Numbered from the stretch's first letter, positions 10,001 through 18,668 are shown. The stretch is DNA of 64,000 nucleotides from Salinivirgaceae bacterium (GCA_024405635.1 JAKSOL010000004.1:83563-147562), one strand, 5' to 3'. Translations and numbers: made by a program. Notes: generated from the letters alone by a model not told the origin.

Positions 10001-11684
10001 AAAGAACATTTACACCATCTCATGGTTTATAAACGATGCAGCCGGCTCAATGGTCGAAAGCAAAGCAAGTTTCAACGACGAAATAGTAGCGCCTATCACA
10101 CCAATGATTACAGGATTTGCCTTTAATGGTTGGAGCAAGAGCGTAAGCGGAACAGTGGTTGATCTTTCGCAAGAGCGCATGCCAAGCCACAACGTGTCGT
10201 ACTATGCAAGTTGGACTCCATGCAACTACACCATTAATTGGTACAACAACGATGGAACCGACGATGTTCTAATCACCGAATTTGAATTTGGTCAACAAAT
10301 TATAGCTCCTGAAAGCCCTACTCGCAAAGGTTACTTGTTCGCCGGTTGGGGAACCTCTGCCGATGCAGTTGAACCTCTTGCCGATTTGGGTACAGTAACC
10401 GTAAATGGTGCCGATTTTTATGCCATCTGGACTGCAAATAGCTTTGCTGCAGTTTGGAACCTTAACAATGGTACCGACAGTTGCATAGTCAATACCGTAA
10501 ACTTTGGCGATATTATTGTTGCTCCTGCTAATCCAATCCGCACAGGCTACAATTTTGTTGGTTGGGGCATATCTGCCGATGATTCTGAGCCACTTGCAAA
10601 CTTTGGTACAATGACAACCAACGGTGCAACATTCTACGGCATTTGGACCAAAAACTCATACAATGTCGAATGGATGTTTAACGACGGAACCGACAATAAA
10701 CTACAAACCGCAGTTGCATTTGGCGACAAAATTATAGCACCAGCTAATCCTTCGCGCGACAATTACGTGTTTGCCGGTTGGAGCAACAGCGCTAATGGCA
10801 ATGTGATAACCGACTTTGGAACAATGCAAGCCGACCACTTAACATTCTACGCTAAATGGACCTTTGCTAACTCCGACTTTGACGACGACGGCATTTGCGA
10901 CCTAAACTGCGATATTGATGGTGACGGTATTCCTGACCTTAACATCGATACCGACGGCGACGGAAAAGCCGACAAAAACATTGTCGATATTAAAGAATTG
11001 CTAACCTTCGACGTGGTTGACTATTTCACAACCTGCGAGTTTGAAGATGATATTGAATTGACTCCAGTAAGCGATTCAAAATACATGAACTACGTTGATT
11101 ACACCTTCTCAATTGGCGATGCAAATTGTAGTGCAAATGGTACAAGCATCAGTTTGCCAAGCGATGCAAACATTAACGACACCGTTACCATTACTTCGCA
11201 AATTGGTACCAGCCACTTGAGCAAACAAGTTGCTTACTCAATCAAACAACGCATTATAGCTACCATGTGGGACGATGTTGTAAGCGTAATCAACACTAAC
11301 CATCAGTTTAACTCATACGTTTGGATGCACAATGGTAAAGAGGTTGGCACCAAACCGTTCTATCAAGAAGTGGGCGGTATAACCGGTCAATATTCGCTTG
11401 TGGCAACCAAAACCGATGGCAGCGTAGTTTACTCGTGCGACGAAAACTTTGGCTCAGCTCAACAACTAGTTGCTTATCCAAACCCTGTTGTCGATGTAGT
11501 TACCATTGCTGGTGGAACTTGGCATAGCGACCAAATAATTAAAGTGTACAGCGCTAGCGGTGAGTTGGTTCTTGAACAACAAGCAACCGATGGTGAAGAA
11601 CAAAAAATCGACCTATCGTCGTTGCCTCAAGGATCGTACTTAATAATGATTGGAAACAAATCGGTTAACGTTGTAAAACAATAA
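4056..11684 (+). CDS. Large T9SS-secreted surface protein (~2542 aa): BspA-type LRR region, InlB B-repeat stalk, acidic Ca-binding segment, type A CTD
   Basis: Signal peptide MNLKNKLVFALMLCASAVFA from ATG 4056 (the track start at 3846 is too long). LRR_5-like VIPATVT...VTTIGKMAF; many P-x-RxGYxFxGW...xYAxW repeats; DxDxDG repeats near 10875-10980; C-terminal AYPNPV...IDLSSLPQGSYLI...VVKQ. Confidence 0.9.
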   Translation: MNLKNKLVFALMLCASAVFAQVEESSTDFGEGIAYDYDYYSNGEEAGGVYFKLDASTLQATVVAGPFQYRGDVVIPATVTVDGKTYAVTTIGKMAFCNCLELNSVKLGDNVETIKTQAFYIADNATSGSARPFFMDLDAPKLKTLESNCFYSTYVIGNTDINGNAVTSNTATNSVIKIGKNVQTIGSGIWQWGGGNYAQKFVVDPENQYYCTDEYGILYSKDKKTLVIAPRYLKLAMGNPTTFEYNIPETVTLVHSFAFYFVSTNNWLSLTGLDGISSITSCTVGSAIKSLNIGRNVKTVNIGGIMYSGYTDYTVSEGSPYFTVIDHVLYKLNSSGQPSELVHVSRASRSDTVRLPATVTSIGTYAFYSNQYVKGIDCSKATNLTSIAETAAHGAKFEIEYSNLPPGDNSPIYVDQYGIQYSKDRKKMLLWSSNVKADTVILPVELTTISVSALRENNYIQHIVMGKNVSSIADQTFNHRFANLKSFSVDPNNKNFKNDESGALYSKDGKKLRCFPRGNDSLTYKVLQGTTELPRYKVFSGNKNLQIIDLGNTMTKVDEQTITDIPNLSLIRVGTKNPPHAYLSSFSSNMYGRVRLYVPKEFERYYETASIWNKFVIIKDLAEYEKDVETLEIEVPVEIYEENIDDNDYTFASTKNGYKVVFREWTNYDMETYKEGFTIKRPIQQKQINRGGQAISIYAIRNRYNVSWKVGDTEVSSASLKYGAQIYPPVDPAAPVDYKFIGWSTNASATSAINFSDVYTVPANNITFYAIFVKKDAANYTVNHYKQDLGAKTYTLVSTQTGSDIQDRNTNAVAESYEGFTVVPFSQKVIAGDGSTVVNIYYNRNSYSLGWNFADGTPSDQNYTKSGSVQYGAALVAPTLLRTGYDMAWETTIPSTMPAQDVTYTAVWTAKEYPIKWMMNDGTDVVYSSGNVNYGTDIVAPAVNPSRVGYTFEGWSDSENGAVIANLGKMNTTSQVTYYAVWTIKQYTATWHLNNGSGTDQTTTITYGQPISPIANPTAPADYDFVGWNTNASATSAITFDNNYTAPASNVDFYAIYAMKGAAQYTVNHYKQDLGATTYTLANSQTGSDIQDRLTNAVAESYEGFAVQPFDQKTITADGKTVVDIYYNRISYNLTWDFAGGTSTNNNYTQAGAVQYGATIVAPTLSRTGYEMSWATPIASTMPAENVTYTASWNANSYTISWLMNDGTNDAFTSTSVKFDNDITAPATTPTRTGYNFNGWASSSNGAVISNFGKLATTNAVSYYAVWSAKQFTATWHKNDGSNATSTTSIVFGQTVEPIANPTAPTDYRFVGWGTSADATIAINFNNYTASTDVDFYAIYAMKDAAQYTVNHYQQDLGKTTYTLHRTQTGSDIQDRLTNAVAESYDGFAVQPFSQKTIAGDGSTVVDIYYNRISYNLAWEFAGGTPTNNKYTQAGSIQYGAVITAPTLKRTGYSMVWNNPIAATMPAADVTYTAEWSANEYSVKWMMNDGTNDVHTTSYVLFNDNIVVPSGIPSRDGYTHAGWSDSKTGSALTDFGKLTTAADKSFYAVWAPNQYTATWHLNNGSDETQTSTIVYGQPISPIANPAAPTDYVFVGWNTTASATTAITFNESYVAPASNVDFYAVYAMKGSAQYTINHYKQDLGADTYTLVSTEKGSDIQDRLTSAQAESFEGFAAQDFDQQLIAGDGTTVVNIYYNRINYSLTWDFANGTPVDDNYTKSGNVQYGAAIVAPTLNRVGYSMEWDSPIAETMPSSDVYYTAQWTANNYSVDWMYNDGTSQLFTTTNVDFDENIVAPTEQPSRLGYTFAGWSNTQDGEAVTDFGKLTTTNQVSLYATWTANSYTATWFNNDGTDDQTTTQVEFGQSIVEVASPSREGYTFAGWGDAANAETAISDFGTMTVDGAEFFALWTANNYEANWYNNDGTDNKTTTQVAYGQPIEPIADLEREGFAFIGWGHELTSVSSTIVTDFGTMTTNGADFYAVWEKNIYTISWFINDAAGSMVESKASFNDEIVAPITPMITGFAFNGWSKSVSGTVVDLSQERMPSHNVSYYASWTPCNYTINWYNNDGTDDVLITEFEFGQQIIAPESPTRKGYLFAGWGTSADAVEPLADLGTVTVNGADFYAIWTANSFAAVWNLNNGTDSCIVNTVNFGDIIVAPANPIRTGYNFVGWGISADDSEPLANFGTMTTNGATFYGIWTKNSYNVEWMFNDGTDNKLQTAVAFGDKIIAPANPSRDNYVFAGWSNSANGNVITDFGTMQADHLTFYAKWTFANSDFDDDGICDLNCDIDGDGIPDLNIDTDGDGKADKNIVDIKELLTFDVVDYFTTCEFEDDIELTPVSDSKYMNYVDYTFSIGDANCSANGTSISLPSDANINDTVTITSQIGTSHLSKQVAYSIKQRIIATMWDDVVSVINTNHQFNSYVWMHNGKEVGTKPFYQEVGGITGQYSLVATKTDGSVVYSCDENFGSAQQLVAYPNPVVDVVTIAGGTWHSDQIIKVYSASGELVLEQQATDGEEQKIDLSSLPQGSYLIMIGNKSVNVVKQ
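6393..9786 (+). repeat. Four tandem ~855-bp (~285-aa) intragenic super-repeats
   Basis: GGTTCCGA(T/C)ATTCAAGACCGT recurs at 6459, 7314, 8163 and 9018 (spacing 855, 849, 855). Each unit is one YTVNHYKQD domain plus three InlB-B-like domains. End coordinate approximate. Confidence 0.85.
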
Positions 11685-11688
11685 GACA

Positions 11689-12567
11689 ATGAAAATGAAT
11701 AAGATTATACTTTCGGTTGCATTGTTTTTTATAGCAGCAACCATCAGTGCTCAAGAAAACCAATTGTTGCACGTCGATTTAGGAACCGGACTACACACCT
11801 TGCAAGGTAAAGCCGCCGATGGCGACCATGGTCCACAAATGGGCTACACCTTTAATCTTGGTTATCGCTATTTTATCGATGCCAATTGGGGCGTTGGCGC
11901 TGGCTTAGGCTTATCGAGCTACGCGGGAAAAACAACATTTAACTTTGTTGAGCAAAGCGAGGCTTTTGACCCAAATGTATGGGTAGGTGGATCAAACTAT
12001 TCGTTTAATACTTACTACAAAAACTTTGTTGAAAAACAGAGAGTTACTCAACTCGAAATTCCAATTGTTGCATACTACCGCATGCGCGACATTTCGCGTG
12101 GCTGGGACTTTGTAAGTAACATAGGCTTTAAGATAGGAGTGCCTGTTGTTAAAAAGTACAAACTTAAAGATGGAATGTACGAAACAAAAGGATATTACGA
12201 TTCAGTTTTTGTAGAGCTCGACACATTGCCAAATCATGGTTTTTATGTGGTTGAGGCCAATAAACAGAAAATAAAGAGCCAATGCAAAAACTTTAGTCTA
12301 TCCATTTGTGGCGAGGCTGGATTGCAACGTGTAATTAGCAAAGGAGTTTATGTTTATGGTGGCGTTTATTTTAGCTACAGCTTGTTAAGCTTGGCACAAA
12401 ACAACAACAAACCACTTGTGTCGCCCAATGGAACATACAACGGAACAATGGCATCAAACCAGTGCAGCCACGCCAACCCTTTGCAATTTGGCGTTAAAGC
12501 AAGCTTGTTGGTAAACTTTAACAAAGTGCGACAAATTTTGCACATACAAACTCGCACAAAATTCTAA
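11689..12567 (+). CDS. Outer-membrane beta-barrel (porin/PorT-like family) protein
   Basis: Signal peptide, amphipathic strands (FNLGYRYF, WGVGAGLGLS, LEIPIVAYY, VYGGVYFSY), terminal Phe; starts 4 nt after the previous stop. Confidence 0.75.
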   Translation: MKMNKIILSVALFFIAATISAQENQLLHVDLGTGLHTLQGKAADGDHGPQMGYTFNLGYRYFIDANWGVGAGLGLSSYAGKTTFNFVEQSEAFDPNVWVGGSNYSFNTYYKNFVEKQRVTQLEIPIVAYYRMRDISRGWDFVSNIGFKIGVPVVKKYKLKDGMYETKGYYDSVFVELDTLPNHGFYVVEANKQKIKSQCKNFSLSICGEAGLQRVISKGVYVYGGVYFSYSLLSLAQNNNKPLVSPNGTYNGTMASNQCSHANPLQFGVKASLLVNFNKVRQILHIQTRTKF

Positions 12568-12586
12568 ATAGTTTATCCAAACCATC

Positions 12587-12631
12587 AAAAAACGGGAATT
12601 TTCACCACTACTGAAGATTCCCGTTTTTTTT
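12587..12631 (+). terminator. Intrinsic terminator after the surface protein/barrel operon
   Basis: AAAAAACGGGAATTTTCA-loop-TGAAGATTCCCG followed by a T tract. Confidence 0.75.
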
Positions 12632-12725
12632 GTGTCGAGCGCTAACCTTATCCTATTGTTAAAATAGTAACTGCTTTTTGAAAGGAAAGCATACCTTTGT
12701 CATCAAAAGAAAAATTTAAAGAGTT

Positions 12726-14867
12726 ATGAAAAAAATATTGCTTTTTGCAGTTACTGCAATTCTGCTATCGACATCAAAAGTTAGGGCCGACGAAGGAATG
12801 TGGTTGCCGTTGCTTATTGAGCGAAACATGGCAACAATGACCGAGTTGGGATTAAAACTCACAGCCGACGACATTTATAACATTAATCAAGCCTGTCTTG
12901 CAAATGCCATTGTAGCACTCGACGAAGGAAGTTGCACAGCATCGCTTGTGTCGCCTGAGGGTTTGCTTATCACCAACCACCATTGCGGCTACGGCGAAAT
13001 ACAAAATCATAGCACAGTTGACAACGACCTGCTCACCAACGGTTTTTGGGCTCATAGTTACGCCGAAGAACTGCCAAATCCTGGCAAGTCGGTTCAGTTT
13101 TTACTTAAAGCCGAAGATGTAACGGAGCGTGTGTTGTCGGCAGTACCAAGTAACGCTTCGTATGATGAGCGTCGAAAAATTGTTGATAGCGTGTGCGCCG
13201 TTTTGTTCAACGAAAATACAATTGAGGAAAAACAGATATTTGGCCTTGTTGAAAGTGTTTTCGAGAGTAATAAATACTATTTATTTGTATATCAACATTA
13301 TAACGATGTTCGTTTGGTAGCAGCTCCACCCGAGTCGCTTGGCAAATATGGCGGCGACACCGATAATTGGATGTGGCCTCGTCACACTTGCGACTTTTCA
13401 ATGTTTCGCGTTTACTGCGCACCCGATGGCTCTCCAGCTAAGTATAGCGAGAACAATGTTCCTCTAAAATCGAAACAATTTTTGCCCATTTCGCTTAAAG
13501 GATACAACAAAGGCGACTTTTCAATGGTTATGGGTTATCCAGGCTCAACCGAGCGCTACATAACATCGTGGGAAACACAATCGCTTATGACCACCAATGC
13601 CGACCGTGCAGCTATTCGTGGTGTTAAACAAGATATTTGGAAAAAACACATGGATGCCAACGAAAAAACACGCATTCAGTACGCTTCAAAGTACGCTCGC
13701 TCGTCAAACTATTGGAAAAACGCCATTGGCCAAAACCGCGGACTAAAACGCTTGCATGTGGTTGAAAGCAAACGTCAACTTGAGTCACAATTTGCTAATT
13801 GGGTAGCACAATCGCCCGAGCGCCAAACCAAATACGGCAAAGCTTTAAGCTTGATTGAAAACAATATTGTGCCTTGCGCAAAAGCATCGCAAATCGATAA
13901 TTATTTGTACGAAACACAATGGGGTGGCTCTGAAATAATTCGTTTTGCAAGCCGATGCTATCGTTTAGAAAAAAAATTGAAAAGCGGCTCAACCGACATT
14001 GAAAAAGATGTGGCAACATTGCGTAATCAAGCAACCGACTTTTTCAAAGATTACAACGCAAACCTTGACCGCGAAGCAACAACCGCATTGGTAAAAATGT
14101 ATATGGACAACATCGACTCTCAATATTGGCCACATTATATGTTTACCATCAAAAACAAGTACAAAGGCGATGTGAACAAGTTCGTGAACCAAATGTTTGC
14201 TAAATCAATATTCTGTAACGAACAGAAATTCAATGCTTTCCTTGCAAAACCAAGTGCAAAACAACTTCAATCCGATTTGGCATTTGTAGCAGCAACAAGC
14301 ATTATCCAGATATCGCAAAACTCGCAAACCGAAAACAACGAAAAGCTATTGAACGAGGGAAAACGCCTTTTTCTTGCTGGACTTATGGAAATGTTCCCCG
14401 ATAAGAATTTCTATCCCGATGCCAACTCAACCATGCGCTTAACTTACGGAACAGTAGGCGATTACAAACCAGCTGATGCGGTTCGTTACGATTATTTTAC
14501 CACCATGGATGGTGTGATGGAAAAAGAAGACTCAACTAATCGTGAGTTTATTGTTCCTGCCAAGTTGAAAGAAATTTACCAAGCAAAAGATTACGGCCAA
14601 TACGGAAATGCCGACGGCACAATGAACGTTTGTTTTACCACCAACAACGACATAACTGGAGGTAATTCGGGTAGTCCAGTAATAAATGCAAACGGCGAAC
14701 TTATTGGTCTCGCGTTTGATGGTAACTGGGAAGCTATGAGCGGCGACATTGCTTTTGAACCTGAACTGCAAAAATGTATTGTAGTCGATATTCGCTATGT
14801 GATGCTGATTATCGATAAGTTTGCTGGAGCACAAAATCTTGTTGATGAGATGTTGTTGCGCCAATAA
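12726..14867 (+). CDS. dpp7: S46 family dipeptidyl peptidase 7
   Basis: DEGMW N-terminus, TNHHC, DTDNWMWPRH, catalytic TGGNSGSPV; FDGNWE (Gly, DPP7 type, rather than the Arg of DPP11). Confidence 0.9.
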   Translation: MKKILLFAVTAILLSTSKVRADEGMWLPLLIERNMATMTELGLKLTADDIYNINQACLANAIVALDEGSCTASLVSPEGLLITNHHCGYGEIQNHSTVDNDLLTNGFWAHSYAEELPNPGKSVQFLLKAEDVTERVLSAVPSNASYDERRKIVDSVCAVLFNENTIEEKQIFGLVESVFESNKYYLFVYQHYNDVRLVAAPPESLGKYGGDTDNWMWPRHTCDFSMFRVYCAPDGSPAKYSENNVPLKSKQFLPISLKGYNKGDFSMVMGYPGSTERYITSWETQSLMTTNADRAAIRGVKQDIWKKHMDANEKTRIQYASKYARSSNYWKNAIGQNRGLKRLHVVESKRQLESQFANWVAQSPERQTKYGKALSLIENNIVPCAKASQIDNYLYETQWGGSEIIRFASRCYRLEKKLKSGSTDIEKDVATLRNQATDFFKDYNANLDREATTALVKMYMDNIDSQYWPHYMFTIKNKYKGDVNKFVNQMFAKSIFCNEQKFNAFLAKPSAKQLQSDLAFVAATSIIQISQNSQTENNEKLLNEGKRLFLAGLMEMFPDKNFYPDANSTMRLTYGTVGDYKPADAVRYDYFTTMDGVMEKEDSTNREFIVPAKLKEIYQAKDYGQYGNADGTMNVCFTTNNDITGGNSGSPVINANGELIGLAFDGNWEAMSGDIAFEPELQKCIVVDIRYVMLIIDKFAGAQNLVDEMLLRQ

Positions 14868-15055
14868 ATCAAAATAAGAATTGCAAGCAGACAAGTTGTT
14901 TGACCTGAAAAATAGTTGAAGAAAGACTTGGTTTTTAGAGCGTGAAAACAAAAAAATACTCGTCAAACAATAAATTGCTATATTCGCACGCTTTTATGCA
15001 AGGTGGAGCAGTGGCTCTTGCCTTATCAAATGGAAAATATTTAAACTGATATAGA

Positions 15056-16192
15056 ATGAGAAAATCAATTCGTTCAATCCTTATGGTGTTGGCTGTTGGC
15101 TTGCTTTCGGTTAACTGTGAGGATACCGAAGATTACCTTGGTAATTGGGTTCACTCTGCCGACCTTAATGCTCGTGGTCGTTCGCGCGCAACAGCATTAA
15201 TGATTGGATCAAAAGTTTATTTGGTTGGTGGTATTGGATACTACAAAACCGTAGAGTATTACCGCGATGTTTGGGCATTTGATGCAGCAACTCGCACTTG
15301 GGACCCAGGAAATCTTTACGATTCAATTCCAGAAACCGACTCGGTAAAAGCTCCTTTAACAACCAACTATAAAAAAGGTCGTAGTGGACGTGGCTCTGGC
15401 GCCGGTTTTGTTGTCGATGGCAAAGCATACTATGGCACAGGTTTGGGTAAAGATGGTATCTACTACCGCGACTTCTATCGTTTTGACCCAACAGCCGAAA
15501 AAGGTTCGCAATGGACTAACCTTGAAACCGAGGGCGACATTTATCCTGGCGATGAAGTGTATGGCGCAGTTGGCTTTGAAGTTGACAATATTGGTTATAT
15601 CGGTACAGGATTGACCAAAAACTTTGGATATTCAAACACCTTCTATCAATACGATCCAACCAAAGCTAAAGGTGAACGTTGGAGCATTGTTGAAAACGTA
15701 AGTGCAGCAAAACGCTCAATGGCTTGCACCTTTACTATCGACAACAAAGTTTACATATTCGGTGGCGTTAAAAACGGCATTTTGGTTGAAGAGTTTGAAC
15801 GCTTTGATCCAAATGCAGGCGAGGGTGGAATACGTTGGTATAAGGTTAGTCAAGACTATCGCCGCGACTATCACGAAAACACTATGAACCGCCAAAACTG
15901 CGCAGCTTTTTCAGCTGGTGGCCGTGGTTATGTTGTTGGTGGTCAACGTTCGTCAGGCTCAGTACTAGGCGACACTTGGGAGTATATTCCTCGTGGTGGT
16001 CGATACAAACGTGGAGTTTGGACTCAACGAGCATCAATCGAAGGAGCAAGCCGCTATGGTGCAGTTGGTTTCTCTTATAACGATATTGGTTTTGTTGCTT
16101 GTGGTCAACGTGGTAGCGATGCTTCAAGTTACTTTGAAGATGTTTGGAGCTTCTATCCACAAGAAGATTACGACAAGCATACATATAAATGA
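15056..16192 (+). CDS. Kelch-repeat beta-propeller protein, probable lipoprotein
   Basis: Repeated GG/GTG...Y/F...W Kelch units; hydrophobic signal ending LSVNC followed by acidic EDTED. Confidence 0.85.
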   Translation: MRKSIRSILMVLAVGLLSVNCEDTEDYLGNWVHSADLNARGRSRATALMIGSKVYLVGGIGYYKTVEYYRDVWAFDAATRTWDPGNLYDSIPETDSVKAPLTTNYKKGRSGRGSGAGFVVDGKAYYGTGLGKDGIYYRDFYRFDPTAEKGSQWTNLETEGDIYPGDEVYGAVGFEVDNIGYIGTGLTKNFGYSNTFYQYDPTKAKGERWSIVENVSAAKRSMACTFTIDNKVYIFGGVKNGILVEEFERFDPNAGEGGIRWYKVSQDYRRDYHENTMNRQNCAAFSAGGRGYVVGGQRSSGSVLGDTWEYIPRGGRYKRGVWTQRASIEGASRYGAVGFSYNDIGFVACGQRGSDASSYFEDVWSFYPQEDYDKHTYK

Positions 16193-16210
16193 TTTCAATC
16201 TTAAAACAAT

Positions 16211-16238
16211 AAGGGGAATCGGCTTGGTTTCCCTTTTT
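16211..16238 (+). terminator. Hairpin/terminator between the two Kelch genes
   Basis: AAGGGGAATC-GGCTT-GGTTTCCCTT followed by T residues. Confidence 0.6.
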
Positions 16239-16272
16239 GTTTTTGTACAATACCAGACACAAACAAATCATT

Positions 16273-17340
16273 ATGCGTCACAATAACAAAAAGTTGCCTA
16301 TAGCGTTTCGCGTAGTTATTGCTCTTTTTGCATCGGCTACAATGCTTTTGTGCAGTTGCGAAGACGATGATTACTATGGCAATTGGAAAATATTGTCAAA
16401 CGTAAACGAAAAAGGATTGTCTGATGCTTCGTCGTTTGTTATAGGAAACAACGCATACATGGTTGGCGGATATGGATATTACCGCACATACGTTTACTTT
16501 AACAAAACATGGCGTTACAATTCTGAAAATCGTGCTTGGACCGAAATGGATTCGCTGCCAGGTAAAGGACGTTCGCAAGGCGTGTCATTTATGATTGGCA
16601 ATAAAGCCTATTTTGGTACAGGAATTGCTTCAGATGGTGAGTTTTTTGACGAGTTTTTTGAATTCGATCCGTCGCAACCAAAAGGTAGCCAATGGAAAAA
16701 AATTAACGACCCAATTCCTTGTGGACCTTGTTATGGCGCCATGTCGTTCGTAATAAATGGCAAAGGTTATGTTTGCGGTGGTTATACCGAACAAAAAGGT
16801 ATGAGCCGCGAAATGTACAAATTCGACCCATCGCAACCCGAAGGCTCACGTTGGAGTTTGATTGAAACAGCCCAACTCGTTAAACGAATGGAAGGCAATG
16901 TTATGGTAATTGACAACAAAGCCTACATTATTGGTGGACGATCAAACAAATCTAAAGTCCCAGAATTTGAATGTTTCGACCCAACTACCGAAACTATAAG
17001 AATGGTGAGTGAAAATGTGGCCGACGATTACACCGAAAATCTTTTGCGATACGAAGCAAGTTCATTTGTGATTGATGGACGCGGATACATGTGCTGTGGT
17101 ATAAAATTTAGTGGTGAGGTGCTACGCGATATGTGGCGATTTACTCCTAATAACGGCAAAGGCGTATGGCAAAAAATGTGCGATTTTATTGGCCCTAGCC
17201 GCAGTGGAGCCAGCGGCTTTGAAATAAACGGAATAGGCTATGTAGCTTGTGGTCAAAACGGTGTTGGTGGATATAATTTCTACGACGAAATTTGGTCGTT
17301 TGACCCTAACGAGCGTTGGAGTCGCCGAATCTATAAATAA
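16273..17340 (+). CDS. Kelch-repeat lipoprotein, paralogue of the upstream gene
   Basis: ATG 16273; lipobox LCSC then EDDDYYGNW; same Kelch repeat order as the upstream protein. Confidence 0.85.
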   Translation: MRHNNKKLPIAFRVVIALFASATMLLCSCEDDDYYGNWKILSNVNEKGLSDASSFVIGNNAYMVGGYGYYRTYVYFNKTWRYNSENRAWTEMDSLPGKGRSQGVSFMIGNKAYFGTGIASDGEFFDEFFEFDPSQPKGSQWKKINDPIPCGPCYGAMSFVINGKGYVCGGYTEQKGMSREMYKFDPSQPEGSRWSLIETAQLVKRMEGNVMVIDNKAYIIGGRSNKSKVPEFECFDPTTETIRMVSENVADDYTENLLRYEASSFVIDGRGYMCCGIKFSGEVLRDMWRFTPNNGKGVWQKMCDFIGPSRSGASGFEINGIGYVACGQNGVGGYNFYDEIWSFDPNERWSRRIYK

Positions 17341-17477
17341 TCTGTATTAGATTGATATTCAGGTAAAAAGCGCAACTGCAATAACATTGTATAGTTGCAT
17401 TTAGTTGTTAGTAACTTCCAAATTGAAGATTGAAAAAAAACATAAATTTGAACTCGCAATAAAAAATCATTTACTGT

Positions 17478-18608
17478 ATGAATTTCATAGTATCTAGTTC
17501 ACTTTTGAGCGCACACTTACAATCAGTAGGCCGTGTAATTAGTTCAAAACCTTCAATGGCTATTCTTGGAAACTTTTTGTTTGAACTGAATGGTAACATT
17601 TTGACAATAACTGGTACCGATATTGAAACAACAATGGTTTCAAAACTTGAGGTAGAAAGCGCAAGTGGCGATGGCAAAATAGCAATTGAGGCAAAACGTT
17701 TGACCGATTTTATGAAAGTGTCAGGCGAACGCCCAATGACCTTTAATATTAATGAAGCAACCTTGCAAGTTGATATTATTACCGAAAATGGTAAGTACAA
17801 CATTGCAGCTTTTAACAGCGACGATTTCCCAAAAACTCAAGAGTTGAACGATGATGCTACCGATATTAAGATGAGTCAAGAGGCTTTGCTACAGGGTGTT
17901 ACAAAGGCTTTGTTCGCAGCATCAACCGATACCTTGCGTCCTGTAATGACAGGTGTGTTTGTTGAAATTTTTGCCGACCGAGTAAACTTTGTTGCTTCTG
18001 ATGCTCACAAATTGGTTCGCTACACTCGCACCGATATTACTTCTGGAATTGAAAGTTCATTTATATTGCCTCCAAAACCAGCCAACATGTTACAAAGCTT
18101 TTTGTCAAAAAGCGAAAGCCAAGTTCGTGTGGCATTTGATAAAAAGAACGCAATTTTTGAAACCGACGAGTATAAATTAGTTTGCCGCCTAATTGAGGGA
18201 AATTTCCCAAATTACTCTAAAATCATTCCCCCCGAGTCACAAAACAAAGTTGTGATTGACCGAAGCGAACTTATTGGTTGCTTGCGTCGTGTGGCAATGT
18301 GCGCAAACCAAGCTAGTAACCTAATCAAATTCAGCATTGCAGCAAACCAACTTACCGTTTCGGCTCAAGATTATGATTTTTCAACTTCGGGCCACGAGCG
18401 TATAAGTTGCCAATATGATGGCGAGGAAATGGAAATAGGTTTCAAATCAACTTTCTTGCTCGATTTGTTGAAAAACCTTGACTCAACAAACGAAATTGCA
18501 ATAAGCCTTGTTAATCCAGGTGCAGCTGGAGTTCTTACTCCATACGATAACACATCGGAAAAAGAAGACGTGCTAATGTTGCTTATGCCAATGAAGTTGG
18601 AAGACTAA
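17478..18608 (+). CDS. dnaN: DNA polymerase III beta sliding clamp
   Basis: LRPVMTGV, ASDAHKL, RLIEGNFPNY, IGFKSTFL, LLMPM; TAAATTTG promoter element at 17443-17450. Confidence 0.97.
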   Translation: MNFIVSSSLLSAHLQSVGRVISSKPSMAILGNFLFELNGNILTITGTDIETTMVSKLEVESASGDGKIAIEAKRLTDFMKVSGERPMTFNINEATLQVDIITENGKYNIAAFNSDDFPKTQELNDDATDIKMSQEALLQGVTKALFAASTDTLRPVMTGVFVEIFADRVNFVASDAHKLVRYTRTDITSGIESSFILPPKPANMLQSFLSKSESQVRVAFDKKNAIFETDEYKLVCRLIEGNFPNYSKIIPPESQNKVVIDRSELIGCLRRVAMCANQASNLIKFSIAANQLTVSAQDYDFSTSGHERISCQYDGEEMEIGFKSTFLLDLLKNLDSTNEIAISLVNPGAAGVLTPYDNTSEKEDVLMLLMPMKLED

Positions 18609-18632
18609 TACGTAATTATATTTTTATTGTAT

Positions 18633-18668
18633 AAAAAAGGAAGGTGACATAATTACCTTCCTTTTTTT
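18633..18668 (+). terminator. Intrinsic terminator after dnaN
   Basis: AAAAAAGGAAGGTGA-loop-TTACCTTCC followed by a T tract. Confidence 0.8.

Noticed and set aside
6393-10870. CRISPR array or DGR repeats within the large repeated region
   Set aside because: The repeats are in-frame protein-domain duplications with synonymous variation; there are no constant short repeats with unique spacers and no cas genes.
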